Positions 8,666-18,189 of a DNA stretch of 64,000 nt are shown one piece after another. Both the position numbers and the translations under genes were made by a program. A model generated the notes under the pieces. That model searched no databases. It worked only from the letters and a program-made list of their open reading frames with translations, and was not told the origin of the DNA. Location: the NCBI GenBank assembly GCA_039630575.1, contig JBCNUW010000001.1, positions 86,492-150,491 on the forward strand. The letters run 5' to 3'. The DNA is from Candidatus Hydrothermales bacterium. Lineage in GTDB: Bacteria; Hydrothermota; Hydrothermia; Hydrothermales; JAJRUZ01. Position 1 is the first letter of the stretch, and each line of letters begins with the position of its first letter.

Positions 8666-10359
8666 ATAAAATAAATTTTAAGCTTACTTCAAGTTTTTTT
8701 CTTTTAATATTTTTTCTTACCCTTTTCATTTCAATTTTTCTATTTACAATCATAAGGAAAGAGTATTTAAAGGAAACAAAAAGAAATTTAGATAACTTTG
8801 TGACAATTTTAAATGAAAAGGTTAAAGTTTACCTTTTAAATAATGATTTAGAGAGTCTCAAAGGTGAAATAAAGATGCTTGGTGAAAAGGTTAATTTTGT
8901 TATAAGTGTTTATAATAATTCTGGCGAACTTGTAGCTGATTCAAAAATAGAAAATCTCTTAGACCAGGATAAAAGTAGACCTGAGATAGAAATAGCCTTG
9001 CATGGAGAAAAAGGATTCTTTGTAAGAAAAAGTGACACTTATAAAGGTAAATACATATTTCTAACTTTTCCTTTTGTTAAAAGTGAGGACGAAATTTTTG
9101 TTATCAGAGTAGGGGTTCCAGCAAGTGTTGTGGATAATTTTATATTAGATTTTATTAAGAGGGTAATATTAATCAGTTCAGTTCTTTTAATTATTTCACT
9201 TTTTATTTCCTTAATTCTTTCAAAACATTTTACTGATCCAATTAAAGATCTAATTTTTGCTTTCAAAAAAATCTCACATGGTGACACAAATATAAGGATA
9301 TTTTTAAAAAGGAATGATGAATTAGGTGATCTCACAAATAGTTTTAATGAGATGGTTATTAGTTTAAATAAAAACTTAAATGAGATAAAAAAGGAGAGAG
9401 CAACACTAGATTCTCTATTTAAAGCGTTACCTGACAATGTTTTTGTTTTAAACAAAAAGGGAGAAATACTTTACTATAATGAGAAAGTTAAGGAGTGTTT
9501 TAAAAATATAGAAAAATGTAAGTTTTATTATGAATTTTTAAAAGAGCCTGAATTTTCTAAAATTTTTGAGAAGGCAAATGAAAAAGAAGAGGCAGAGGGT
9601 CAAATAGGGTTTGAGTCAAAACTCTTTTATACAAAAATAAGAAAAATACCTGATACAGAAAATTTCATTGTAGTTCTAACAGACATAACAGAAGTTAAAA
9701 AACTTGAGGAGATAAAAAAAGACTTTACCATCAATATTTCACATGAAATAAGAACTCCTTTAACTCTTATAAAGGGGTATATAGAAACAATTGAGGAAGA
9801 GGAAGAAATAAAAAATAAAAATTATATTTCCATAATCAAAAGACATATTAACAGGTTAATAGAGTTAACTGAAAAAATAATTTATCTTTCACAGATAGAA
9901 ACTGAAAAGTTTCTACAAATTGAAAAAGTTAACATAAAAGAAATAATTGAAAATGTCGTACCAATTTTTGAAAAGAGATTAAAAGAAAAAGAAATATCCC
10001 TTAAACTTGAATTGGAAGAGGAATTTAGAGAAATCAAAGCTGACAAAACTAAGTTGGAGCAGGTTTTTATTAATCTTTTTGACAATTCAATAAAGTTTAC
10101 TACAAAAGGTGAGATAAGGGTTAAGATTCAAAGAAGAGATAATTTTGTGAGAATTGAGTTCATTGATACTGGAGAGGGTATCGAAGAAAAACATTTACCT
10201 AGGATATTTGAAAGATTTTATGTTGGCTCAAGGGAAAAAGCTGGTTTTGGACTCGGTTTATCAATAGTTAAACATATAATTAATTTACACAATGGTAAAA
10301 TTAGTGTAGAAAGTCAAAAAGGTAAGGGAACAAAATTTATAATTGAATTACCTATTTAA
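8662..10359 (+). CDS. phoR: sensor histidine kinase (2 TM, periplasmic sensor, HAMP, HisKA, HATPase_c), PhoR-like by context
   Basis: H-box ISHEIRTPLTLIKGY; G-boxes IDTGEGI and GFGLGLSIVKHIINLHNG; ATGA overlap with the regulator gene. Confidence 0.75.
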   Translation: MNKINFKLTSSFFLLIFFLTLFISIFLFTIIRKEYLKETKRNLDNFVTILNEKVKVYLLNNDLESLKGEIKMLGEKVNFVISVYNNSGELVADSKIENLLDQDKSRPEIEIALHGEKGFFVRKSDTYKGKYIFLTFPFVKSEDEIFVIRVGVPASVVDNFILDFIKRVILISSVLLIISLFISLILSKHFTDPIKDLIFAFKKISHGDTNIRIFLKRNDELGDLTNSFNEMVISLNKNLNEIKKERATLDSLFKALPDNVFVLNKKGEILYYNEKVKECFKNIEKCKFYYEFLKEPEFSKIFEKANEKEEAEGQIGFESKLFYTKIRKIPDTENFIVVLTDITEVKKLEEIKKDFTINISHEIRTPLTLIKGYIETIEEEEEIKNKNYISIIKRHINRLIELTEKIIYLSQIETEKFLQIEKVNIKEIIENVVPIFEKRLKEKEISLKLELEEEFREIKADKTKLEQVFINLFDNSIKFTTKGEIRVKIQRRDNFVRIEFIDTGEGIEEKHLPRIFERFYVGSREKAGFGLGLSIVKHIINLHNGKISVESQKGKGTKFIIELPI

Positions 10360-10390
10360 CAAAAATTTAACAAAAATTTAACAAAAATTT
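10358..10390 (+). promoter_or_regulatory. three perfect tandem 11-bp direct repeats (AACAAAAATTT)x3; candidate Pho-box-like operator
   Basis: Starts at the HK stop codon and ends 26 bp upstream of the pstC ATG; 11-bp periodicity matches one helical turn, as for OmpR/PhoB direct-repeat sites. Confidence 0.4.
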
Positions 10391-10416
10391 AAAAAAGAGA
10401 TTTTAAATTTAATTAA

Positions 10417-11301
10417 ATGGGTAAAAGGATTCAAGAAGAGATAATAAAAAGTATCTTTTTTATATTTGCTCTAATTTCTGTATTTACAACTTTTGGTATT
10501 ATATTTGTTTTACTTTTCGAGACTATACAATTTTTTAAAGAGGTTTCAATTATAAGATTTTTAACTGAAAAGGAATGGACACCACTATTTGCAGTTAAAA
10601 AATTTGGTATATGGCCTCTTTTATCTGGTACATTTTTAACGTCTTTAATAGCTATTCTTATTTCTTTTCCAATGGGTCTTTCCATAGCAATCTTTGTAAG
10701 TGAGTATATGCCATTTAAATTAAAAGCAATTATTAAACCTATTATTGAGATTCTTGCTAGTATACCCACGGTGGTATATGGTTATTTTGCTCTTTTATTT
10801 GTCACACCACTTTTGAAGAAAATAATACCTTCAATTTCTGGGTTTAATGCACTTTCTCCTGGTATTGTGCTTGGAATTATGATAATACCAACAGTTGCAT
10901 CCATAAGTGAAGACTCACTTTCTTTAATTCCGAGAAGTTTGAGAGAGGCATCCTATGCGCTTGGTGCAACTAAACTTGAGACAGTGTTTAAAGTTGTTTT
11001 ACCTGCTGCCTCTTCTGGAATTTTATCAGCAGTAATTCTTGGATTTTCCAGAGCAATAGGTGAAACAATGATAGTAACAATAGCAGCAGGACAAAGACCT
11101 ATACTGACACTTAACCCTCTTATTCCAATTGAAACAATAACTGCTTATATTGTACAGGTTTCTCTTGGAGATACGCCTACAGGATCTTTGGAATATAAAA
11201 CAATATTTGCAGTTGGTATGGTTTTATTTTCTATAACTTTTACTTTCAACATTATAAGTCATAATTTAAGGATGAAGTTTATAAAATCCTTTAAATTATG
11301 A
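10417..11301 (+). CDS. pstC: phosphate ABC transporter permease PstC
   Basis: 294 aa, 6-TM permease with ABC EAA region [14 protein letters not shown]; first of two permeases before pstB. Confidence 0.85.
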   Translation: MGKRIQEEIIKSIFFIFALISVFTTFGIIFVLLFETIQFFKEVSIIRFLTEKEWTPLFAVKKFGIWPLLSGTFLTSLIAILISFPMGLSIAIFVSEYMPFKLKAIIKPIIEILASIPTVVYGYFALLFVTPLLKKIIPSISGFNALSPGIVLGIMIIPTVASISEDSLSLIPRSLREASYALGATKLETVFKVVLPAASSGILSAVILGFSRAIGETMIVTIAAGQRPILTLNPLIPIETITAYIVQVSLGDTPTGSLEYKTIFAVGMVLFSITFTFNIISHNLRMKFIKSFKL

Positions 11302-12167
11302 AAGATGTTAAAGAGTTAATTTTTAAGAGAAAAAAAAGGGAGAAATTATTTATTGTTCTGTCACTTTTCTTTATAACCTTTGCATTAATGTCACTTTTGC
11401 TTTTAATAGTTAGTATTTTAGTTGATGGTTACTCTGTTATAAGTATTAAGTTTTTGACGAGTTACCCTTCAAGAAAGCCTGAAGAAGCTGGGATATTATC
11501 AGCTCTAGTTGGCTCAGTTTACGTTCTTGTTATTATGATTTTATTTATTGTTCCAATTGGAATTGGAGCAGCTATATATTTAGAGGAATTTGCTCCCAAA
11601 AATACCCTTACACATTTTATAGAGATAAACATTGTGAACCTTGCAGGTGTTCCCTCCATTATATATGGACTTCTTGGACTTGAGATTTTTGTAAGGTTTT
11701 TTGGTCTTGGAAGGTCTATACTTGCTGGATCTTTAACACTTTCTCTTTTGGTATTACCTAGTGTTATAATTGCTACTCGAGAAGCGATAAAACTTGTTCC
11801 CTACTCAATAAGAGAAGCTAGTTTGGCTTTAGGTGCTACCAAATGGCAGACAGTGCGACATCAAGTTCTACCAGTTGCTTTACCGGGAATTCTTACTGGT
11901 ATAATACTTGCTGTTTCAAGAGCTATAGGAGAGACAGCTCCACTTATAACAATTGGAGCTCTTACATATATTGCTTTTTTACCTACAACACCACTTTCAC
12001 CCTTTACTGTGCTCCCTATTCAAATATTTAACTGGATTTCAAGACCGCAAAAAATGTTTCATAAAAATGCTGCTGGAGCAATAATCATTTTACTTTTTTT
12101 AACATTTATGTTAAACTTAACAGCAATAATTTTAAGAAATTATTATAAAAGTAAATATAGACTATAA
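11298..12167 (+). CDS. pstA: phosphate ABC transporter permease PstA
   Basis: 289 aa; [16 protein letters not shown] and [16 protein letters not shown] motifs; ATGA overlap with pstC. Confidence 0.85.
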   Translation: MKDVKELIFKRKKREKLFIVLSLFFITFALMSLLLLIVSILVDGYSVISIKFLTSYPSRKPEEAGILSALVGSVYVLVIMILFIVPIGIGAAIYLEEFAPKNTLTHFIEINIVNLAGVPSIIYGLLGLEIFVRFFGLGRSILAGSLTLSLLVLPSVIIATREAIKLVPYSIREASLALGATKWQTVRHQVLPVALPGILTGIILAVSRAIGETAPLITIGALTYIAFLPTTPLSPFTVLPIQIFNWISRPQKMFHKNAAGAIIILLFLTFMLNLTAIILRNYYKSKYRL

Positions 12168-12169
12168 AA

Positions 12170-12922
12170 ATGGCAGTGATAAAAACAGAAAATTTGAATG
12201 TTTATTTTGGTGAAAATCATGTTTTAAAAAACATAAATATAGAAATACCTGAAAAGAAAATAACAGCTATAATGGGACCCTCAGGTTGTGGAAAATCAAC
12301 CCTTTTGAGATGTTTTAACAGAATGAACGATCTTATTGATAACTTCGTTTTGCAGGGTAAAGTTATATTTAATGGAAAAAATATTTATGAAAATAGTACT
12401 GAACCTTCAGAAATAAGAACAAAGATTGGTATGGTTTTTCAGAAACCAAATCCTTTTCCAAAATCAATTTATGAGAATGTTGCCTTTGGACCAAAAATTT
12501 TAGGTATAAAGGATAAATCAAAACTTGATTATATAGTAGAGGAGTCTTTGAAAAAAGCTTACCTTTGGGAAGAGGTAAAGGATAAACTTAGAGAAAATGC
12601 TTTAAATCTCTCAGGAGGTCAACAGCAGAGATTATGTATAGCAAGAGCATTGGCAGTTGGACCGGAAGTTCTGTTACTTGATGAGCCAACATCTGCACTT
12701 GATCCTGTTGCATCAAAGAAAATAGAGGAATTACTTGAGGAATTAAAAAAGAACTTAACTATAGTGATTGTTACTCACAACCCATCTCAAGCATCAAGAA
12801 TTTCTGATTATACAGCTTTTTTATATTTAGGAGAGCTGATAGAATTTAATACAACAGACAAAATTTTTACTATTCCTAAACATCCAAAAACACAGGAATA
12901 TTTAAGTGGAAAATTTGGATAA
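12170..12922 (+). CDS. pstB: phosphate import ATP-binding protein PstB
   Basis: [20 protein letters not shown] Walker A region typical of Pst[17 protein letters not shown] signature, [11 protein letters not shown] Walker B. Confidence 0.9.
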   Translation: MAVIKTENLNVYFGENHVLKNINIEIPEKKITAIMGPSGCGKSTLLRCFNRMNDLIDNFVLQGKVIFNGKNIYENSTEPSEIRTKIGMVFQKPNPFPKSIYENVAFGPKILGIKDKSKLDYIVEESLKKAYLWEEVKDKLRENALNLSGGQQQRLCIARALAVGPEVLLLDEPTSALDPVASKKIEELLEELKKNLTIVIVTHNPSQASRISDYTAFLYLGELIEFNTTDKIFTIPKHPKTQEYLSGKFG

Positions 12923-12939
12923 AATAGGAGAAATAGAAA

Positions 12940-13593
12940 ATGTTTGAGGAAAAACTAAATGAATTAAAAAGAGAAATAATAAATTATGCTTTCCTTGTAG
13001 AAAGGATGATTGAAAAAAGTATAAACGGACTTCTTGAAAAAAAGGAAGAGCTTTTAAGAGAAGTAATTGAAAGAGATGAAATTGAGGCAAATGATTTTGA
13101 AATCAAAATTGATGAGCTTGCTATTACTACTATAGCAAAATACGAACCTAAAGGTAAGGATCTTAGGGAAGTTCTTATGATACTTAAAATAAACAACGAC
13201 CTTGAAAGAATGGCAGACCATGCTGTGAATATTTGTGAAAGCGCTTTATTTTTAATCGAAAGACCAAAGGTAAAACCCTTTACAGAAATAAATAAAATAG
13301 CTAACGAAACAATAAAGATGTTAAAAGACAGTATAGACTCTTTTATAGAAGAAAACACTAAAAAAGCAAAAAGTGTTTGTGAAAGAGATTATATTGTTGA
13401 CGATTTAAATAGCTCCATATCTAAAGAGTTAATCTCATATATGATGTGTGATCCAGGAGCAATAGAAAGATGTATGCATATAATGAGAATCTCAAATAAT
13501 ATTGAGAGAATAGCAGATCTATCAACTAATATTAGTGAGGATGTAATCTTTATGGTTGAAGGTAAAGTTATAAAACATCATAGGGAAGAATAA
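12940..13593 (+). CDS. phoU: phosphate signalling complex protein PhoU
   Basis: 217 aa with two PhoU repeats (DLERMADHAVNICE; NIERIADLSTNISE). Confidence 0.9.
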   Translation: MFEEKLNELKREIINYAFLVERMIEKSINGLLEKKEELLREVIERDEIEANDFEIKIDELAITTIAKYEPKGKDLREVLMILKINNDLERMADHAVNICESALFLIERPKVKPFTEINKIANETIKMLKDSIDSFIEENTKKAKSVCERDYIVDDLNSSISKELISYMMCDPGAIERCMHIMRISNNIERIADLSTNISEDVIFMVEGKVIKHHREE

Positions 13594-13594
13594 C

Positions 13595-13623
13595 TTGAAA
13601 ATTAAATTATAAAATCTTATAAT
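13595..13623 (+). promoter_or_regulatory. sigma70-type promoter TTGAAA-N17-TATAAT for the lipoprotein gene cluster
   Basis: TTGAAA 13595-13600, TATAAT 13618-13623, 17-nt spacer; AAAGGAG SD before ATG 13678. Confidence 0.55.
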
Positions 13624-13677
13624 TAAAATAAAATTTGGGTTCAATTCCCCTTAAAAAAATTATAAAGGAGTAATATT

Positions 13678-13947
13678 ATGAGGAAATTTTTGTTGCTAAT
13701 CCCAATTTTTGGGATATTCCTTGTTTCCTGTCAGCTTCCACCTGAAATAAAAGAATTACCGGAAAAGATGAACGAGTTTAAAACTAAAGTAGAGGAACTT
13801 GAGGGTAAGGTTTCTGATCTTGAGTCTAAAATTGAGGAGCTAAAAACAAAGATAGAAGAGATGGAAAAGGCAAAATCACAACCTGAAGTTAAAAAGGAAA
13901 GCAGCGGAACACAAACACCTAAAGTTCCACCCATAAGAAAAAAATAA
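13678..13947 (+). CDS. small coiled-coil lipoprotein (Lpp-like)
   Basis: Signal peptide with LVSC lipobox, then heptad-like E/K-rich helix KVEELEGKVSDLESKIEELKTKIEEMEK. Confidence 0.6.
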   Translation: MRKFLLLIPIFGIFLVSCQLPPEIKELPEKMNEFKTKVEELEGKVSDLESKIEELKTKIEEMEKAKSQPEVKKESSGTQTPKVPPIRKK

Positions 13948-13959
13948 AGAGGTTTTAAG

Positions 13960-14736
13960 ATGAAAAAAATTTTATTAATTTCAGGTTTGTTTTTAATACT
14001 TTTAGTTTTTATAGGTTGTCCTGAAGATGAAGAATTGCCAACACCTAATGCAAGAATTGCAAGCATTTTAGAGCAGGGTGAAGGAATAAGACTCGAATGG
14101 GATCCTGTTGAAGGTGCTGATGGTTACAGAGTTAGAGTTGACGACGAATTGAAGTATGAAGGAACAAGTACATATTTTGAGTGGAAAACACCTGCATTAA
14201 AAATAGAAGTTTATGCCTATGCTGGGGATAAGGAATCTACCCCAAGAGTTTTTGACTTCACACCTGTTTCAAGAACTTCTCAAGAATTATGGGAAAGAAG
14301 CGCAGCTGGTAACAGTGGCTATGGCTGGAATGCAGATGGAACAGGTTCAAGCTACTCTTTGGGAGATGCTGCAAATCATTCAAGAATAGATTTTTATTTG
14401 GATGACTTTACTGCTGGGACTGTAGACGTTTCAAATATTTACTTGGTAAGTCCTCATCACGGGGGATTTAACGATACTGAAACAGGTTTTGCTGTTGAAA
14501 CAGGTGGAACAGGTAATATAGCACCAGCTCCTGGAACCTATGATACTCCCAGACCACAAAGTCCAATAGTATCTGGAGGAACTTACTTTTTATGGATAGA
14601 TCACAGTAATAACGAGTGGACTAGTGATGATAATTTTGTTAAAATAAAGATAATTTCTATAGGCAATGATGGAAAGGTTGTATTTGACTATTGGTTCCAG
14701 AAACAAGGTGGACTTCGCTGGCTAAAGACAAATTAA
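13960..14736 (+). CDS. lipoprotein with fibronectin-III-like domain, unknown function
   Basis: Signal peptide + FIGC lipobox; RLEWDPVEGADGYRVRVDDE FN3-like segment. Confidence 0.6.
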   Translation: MKKILLISGLFLILLVFIGCPEDEELPTPNARIASILEQGEGIRLEWDPVEGADGYRVRVDDELKYEGTSTYFEWKTPALKIEVYAYAGDKESTPRVFDFTPVSRTSQELWERSAAGNSGYGWNADGTGSSYSLGDAANHSRIDFYLDDFTAGTVDVSNIYLVSPHHGGFNDTETGFAVETGGTGNIAPAPGTYDTPRPQSPIVSGGTYFLWIDHSNNEWTSDDNFVKIKIISIGNDGKVVFDYWFQKQGGLRWLKTN

Positions 14737-14760
14737 ATTAAATTAAATTAAATTAAATTT
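14731..14760 (+). repeat. simple tandem repeat (AAATT)x6 directly after the stop codon
   Basis: aaattaaattaaattaaattaaattaaatt read directly. Confidence 0.8.
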
Positions 14761-14789
14761 CCCCCCCAATATTTGGGGGGGTTTTTTTT
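14761..14789 (+). terminator. Rho-independent terminator: 9-bp GC stem CCCCCCCAA/TTGGGGGGG, 3-nt loop, T8 tail
   Basis: cccccccaa-tat-ttggggggg followed by tttttttt; perfect hairpin plus U-tract. Confidence 0.9.
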
Positions 14790-14833
14790 ATAATAAGTTG
14801 AATATAAAATTAAATTTTTCCTAACATAAACTC

Positions 14834-15844
14834 ATGAGAAAAACTTTATCAATTATTTCTTTTTTATTTTTGTTTTGTGTAAAAGAGCCTCACGAAGTAG
14901 GATGGTTCTTAACATTTAAAATACCTGGAAAAATGAAAAAGACTACTGTAAAAGAGGAAGTTCAAAAAAGCGATAAGTATAGAGTGATTGCAGATTCAGT
15001 TTTTAATGTTCAAAAGAAAATTCATTCAAATTTGAACTATTCTGGTTATGCTATTATAACTAGTGATACATTAAGGAGATTATTACCAAAGTTTATTGAT
15101 ACAACGCAAAGTGAATTTGGATCCTTAATTTTTCTTATTTATGGCGGGGCAAAGTATAAAGGAAATGTAATTACATCACCTTGCACATTAAAAACAAAAA
15201 TAATTTCCTATTTTTGGAACGATAATATTGATACCTTTGGGATTTTTAAAATTGACAGCATGAAAACTTCTGTTACTGGAAACTTTAAAATAACACACAG
15301 AATACCTTTTAACGATTTTCCTGCTGGACCCCATCTTTTTATAATTATTCCACAGATTTTAACAGGTAGTGCAAATTTTGATACAATTGAAACCTTCAAA
15401 GAGGGTCTTTTTGGAGCTAAAGTTTTAGGAGATAATATCATAACATTCTTGGACACAATAAAAAATGAAAGTGAAGACTTGAGAGAATTAGCAAGGCAAA
15501 ATAGAATTGAAAAGATTTTCTTACATGCCGATGTTACACATAGCTTTCCTGTGAGGTTTTTTCTATCTATTATGGTGTTTTCAAACAGCGACACCCTTAT
15601 GCCTATCAATAATCTTCCTTTTAAAAGCGCACCTAAAAACCAAGAGGGTGTATCAACTGATAGTACTAAATTTTCCATTGAAATAGATCTTTCTAAAGAT
15701 GTTGTAGATCTATCAAAAGATTCTTTAATATTTTATAAAGCTTTTGCAATTGTAGACAGTCAGGGTAATGCTTATATAAAACCTGAGGATTTCATAAAAT
15801 TAAAAGGATATCTCGGAGTAAAACTCTATACATTGGAGCGATAA
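14834..15844 (+). CDS. putative lipoprotein, unknown function
   Basis: 336 aa; N-terminal signal peptide with LFLFC lipobox; no recognisable catalytic motifs. Confidence 0.55.
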   Translation: MRKTLSIISFLFLFCVKEPHEVGWFLTFKIPGKMKKTTVKEEVQKSDKYRVIADSVFNVQKKIHSNLNYSGYAIITSDTLRRLLPKFIDTTQSEFGSLIFLIYGGAKYKGNVITSPCTLKTKIISYFWNDNIDTFGIFKIDSMKTSVTGNFKITHRIPFNDFPAGPHLFIIIPQILTGSANFDTIETFKEGLFGAKVLGDNIITFLDTIKNESEDLRELARQNRIEKIFLHADVTHSFPVRFFLSIMVFSNSDTLMPINNLPFKSAPKNQEGVSTDSTKFSIEIDLSKDVVDLSKDSLIFYKAFAIVDSQGNAYIKPEDFIKLKGYLGVKLYTLER

Positions 15845-15846
15845 AC

Positions 15847-18189
15847 ATGATTAAATTAGTTTTGTTTTTATATCCCCTCTATTTTACTCCTGGGGAAAAT
15901 TTTTTCCCAAGTTATCCATTTGCGAGTCAGAATATTTACTTTAATCCAGCCCTTATAGGTTCCGAATTTAACCCAAGTTTTACCTTTTCCTTTTTATCAA
16001 CCAACCTTGCTCTTACAAATAATGGATTATCTATATCACTATACAACGATATTATGTCTGCTCATGGTGATTCTATTACAAAATCTTTAAAAGAGAGCTT
16101 CTTTAAAAACATCGGGTCCTCATGGAAAACAAATCACCTTTCATATTTTTCACCCTTTTCATTTTCTTTAGGAAGATTTGCTTTTGGTTTAAGGGCTATC
16201 CAGGGTTTAATTTTGATGTTACCCGAACCATGGCTAAGGATTCTACTCTACGGAAATGAGCTCGATAAAACCTATTTTGCAAACAAAGACAATACTGCAT
16301 TTCAAGTTTTAAACTTAATTGAAACAAGAATAGGTTCCGGTTATGGTATTTTTTTAGATAAAGAGGAAAAGTACAGGTTAATTTATGGTTTAAATTTTGC
16401 CTTCTATATATCAGGACCTTACGTTGAGCTAAATGAAGTTAATGTAAGATTAAATTCTTACTATGACGGAATAACTGGGGATGACTATATTAAATTAAAG
16501 TTAGACACAACCTTTCTAAACTTTGGATATTCAATAGATTTAGGTTTTGGTTTAGAGTATAAAAAAATCCTAAATTTTTCTCTAGGTTTAAACAATATAA
16601 TATCAAATATAAACTTTTCAAAAGGTATTACCTATATCCACTATGGAAACCTTGACACTTTTTATTTAGGGGAGGGAATAGATTTTGATACTTTGTATAC
16701 TGACAAATTAGATACCATACCAGGTGCCTTCAGTGTAAAACTTCCTCTTATTTTGAAATTTTCAACCTTCTATAGACATCCAGATGATAAGTATAGATTA
16801 TTTTTAATATGGGAGCAGGGATTCAAATATACAGCATTTTCAACAAAAACACCGAGGATATCTCTTGGAGGGGAATATTTTGTTCATCCAAGAATACCAT
16901 TAAGATTTGGTTTTGTTTTTGGAGGCTACGAGGGGTTAAGTCTATCTTTAGGCGCAGGTATAGTAAGCAGAGAAATTTCCTCAATAAATATTGGAATTTC
17001 ACAACATAGGGGAATACTATTAGGTTCAAGGGGTATCTCATTCTCATTTTTAACGGAATTTCATTCCACATTTAAAGGAAAATTTAAATTTAAAATAATG
17101 GATTCTCTTACAAATAAACCTATAGCTAATGCTATACTTAAACTAACAGATAAAAACAATAAAAAAGTTTTTGAAGGTCAAAGTGATGTAAACGGTGAAA
17201 TAAGAGGAGAAATTAAAAAAGGCGAATATAAATTTGAAGTCGAAGCTGAGAATTATTACTCTAAGTCAGGATTTGTGGAAATAAAACAAGGTAGAGAAAA
17301 AGAAGAAAAAATTTTACTTAAAACAAGATTTGGTTATCTTACATTATATGTTAAAGATAGAGAGACTCTTAAGCCATTAGGTAATGTAGATGTTACTGTT
17401 CAGTACAAAGAAAAAACAACAAAAGTAAAAACTGATTCATCAGGTATATTAAAGCTTAGACTGGAAAGAGGAGAGTATAAATTTAAGTTTGAACATCCTG
17501 ACTATATGGTGAGGACAGAAAGCTACAAGGTTGAATCTGGAGTTCAAAAGGAAGTTGAAGTTTTCTTAGCAACTCGTTTTGGTACTGTTAAGGGTAAAGT
17601 TTACAATGCTCAGACACTTGAACCCCTTAAAGGTCAACTGGAAATTTATCCTGAAGGTAAGGACAGTGTTATAGAAAAGTTAGAAACAACTTTAGATGGT
17701 AGCTATAATGTAAAACTCTCTGAAGGGATATACAAATTCAAAGTAAAAGTTTCAAATTATATTCCTCAAGAAGCTTATGTTCAAGTAATTGGAGGGAAAG
17801 AATCTCTAAAAGACTTTGCTATGCTTAAGGAAAAAATGGTTTTTACTTTTAGAAACATCTATTTTGATTTTAATAAGGCTACAATAAGACCTGAATCTTA
17901 CCCAGTTTTAGATTCTATTGCCCTTATGTTAAAGGATAACCCAACTATAATTGTTGAAATAGGCGGACATACAGACGAGAGAGGAACAAGATCCTATAAC
18001 AAAAATTTAAGTCAGCAAAGAGCCGAATCTGTCAGAAATTACCTTTTTGAAAAACATGGTATAGAGCTTTTAAGACTCATTCCTTTAGGATACGGAGAAG
18101 ATTTACCTATTATAAAGAATGCTAAAACAGAGGAAGAGCATCAATTAAACAGAAGAGTAGAATTTAAAATTTTAGGAGAAAAGAGATGA
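15847..18189 (+). CDS. OmpA-family outer-membrane protein: N-terminal beta-barrel-like domain, three carboxypeptidase-regulatory-like (CarboxypepD_reg) repeats, C-terminal OmpA peptidoglycan-binding domain
   Basis: C-terminus FDFNKATIRPESYPVLDSIALMLKDNPTIIVEIGGHTDERGTRSYNKNLSQQRAESV...NRRVEF is a classic OmpA_C; three ~80-aa repeats with GEYKF / GIYKF cores; aromatic-rich alternating N-terminal ~400 aa. Confidence 0.8.
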   Translation: MIKLVLFLYPLYFTPGENFFPSYPFASQNIYFNPALIGSEFNPSFTFSFLSTNLALTNNGLSISLYNDIMSAHGDSITKSLKESFFKNIGSSWKTNHLSYFSPFSFSLGRFAFGLRAIQGLILMLPEPWLRILLYGNELDKTYFANKDNTAFQVLNLIETRIGSGYGIFLDKEEKYRLIYGLNFAFYISGPYVELNEVNVRLNSYYDGITGDDYIKLKLDTTFLNFGYSIDLGFGLEYKKILNFSLGLNNIISNINFSKGITYIHYGNLDTFYLGEGIDFDTLYTDKLDTIPGAFSVKLPLILKFSTFYRHPDDKYRLFLIWEQGFKYTAFSTKTPRISLGGEYFVHPRIPLRFGFVFGGYEGLSLSLGAGIVSREISSINIGISQHRGILLGSRGISFSFLTEFHSTFKGKFKFKIMDSLTNKPIANAILKLTDKNNKKVFEGQSDVNGEIRGEIKKGEYKFEVEAENYYSKSGFVEIKQGREKEEKILLKTRFGYLTLYVKDRETLKPLGNVDVTVQYKEKTTKVKTDSSGILKLRLERGEYKFKFEHPDYMVRTESYKVESGVQKEVEVFLATRFGTVKGKVYNAQTLEPLKGQLEIYPEGKDSVIEKLETTLDGSYNVKLSEGIYKFKVKVSNYIPQEAYVQVIGGKESLKDFAMLKEKMVFTFRNIYFDFNKATIRPESYPVLDSIALMLKDNPTIIVEIGGHTDERGTRSYNKNLSQQRAESVRNYLFEKHGIELLRLIPLGYGEDLPIIKNAKTEEEHQLNRRVEFKILGEKR

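Noticed and set aside
13631-13655. T-arm-like GGGTTCAATTCC sequences (5 sites) as tRNA genes or tRNA remnants
   Set aside because: No acceptor, D or anticodon arms can be built. The flanks are pure A/T and the positions are fixed relative to start codons, so I treat them as a leader motif rather than tRNA
14731-14760. (AAATT)6 and the three 11-bp repeats at 10358-10390 as CRISPR-like arrays
   Set aside because: The units are far too short, there are no spacers, and there are no cas genes anywhere in the window
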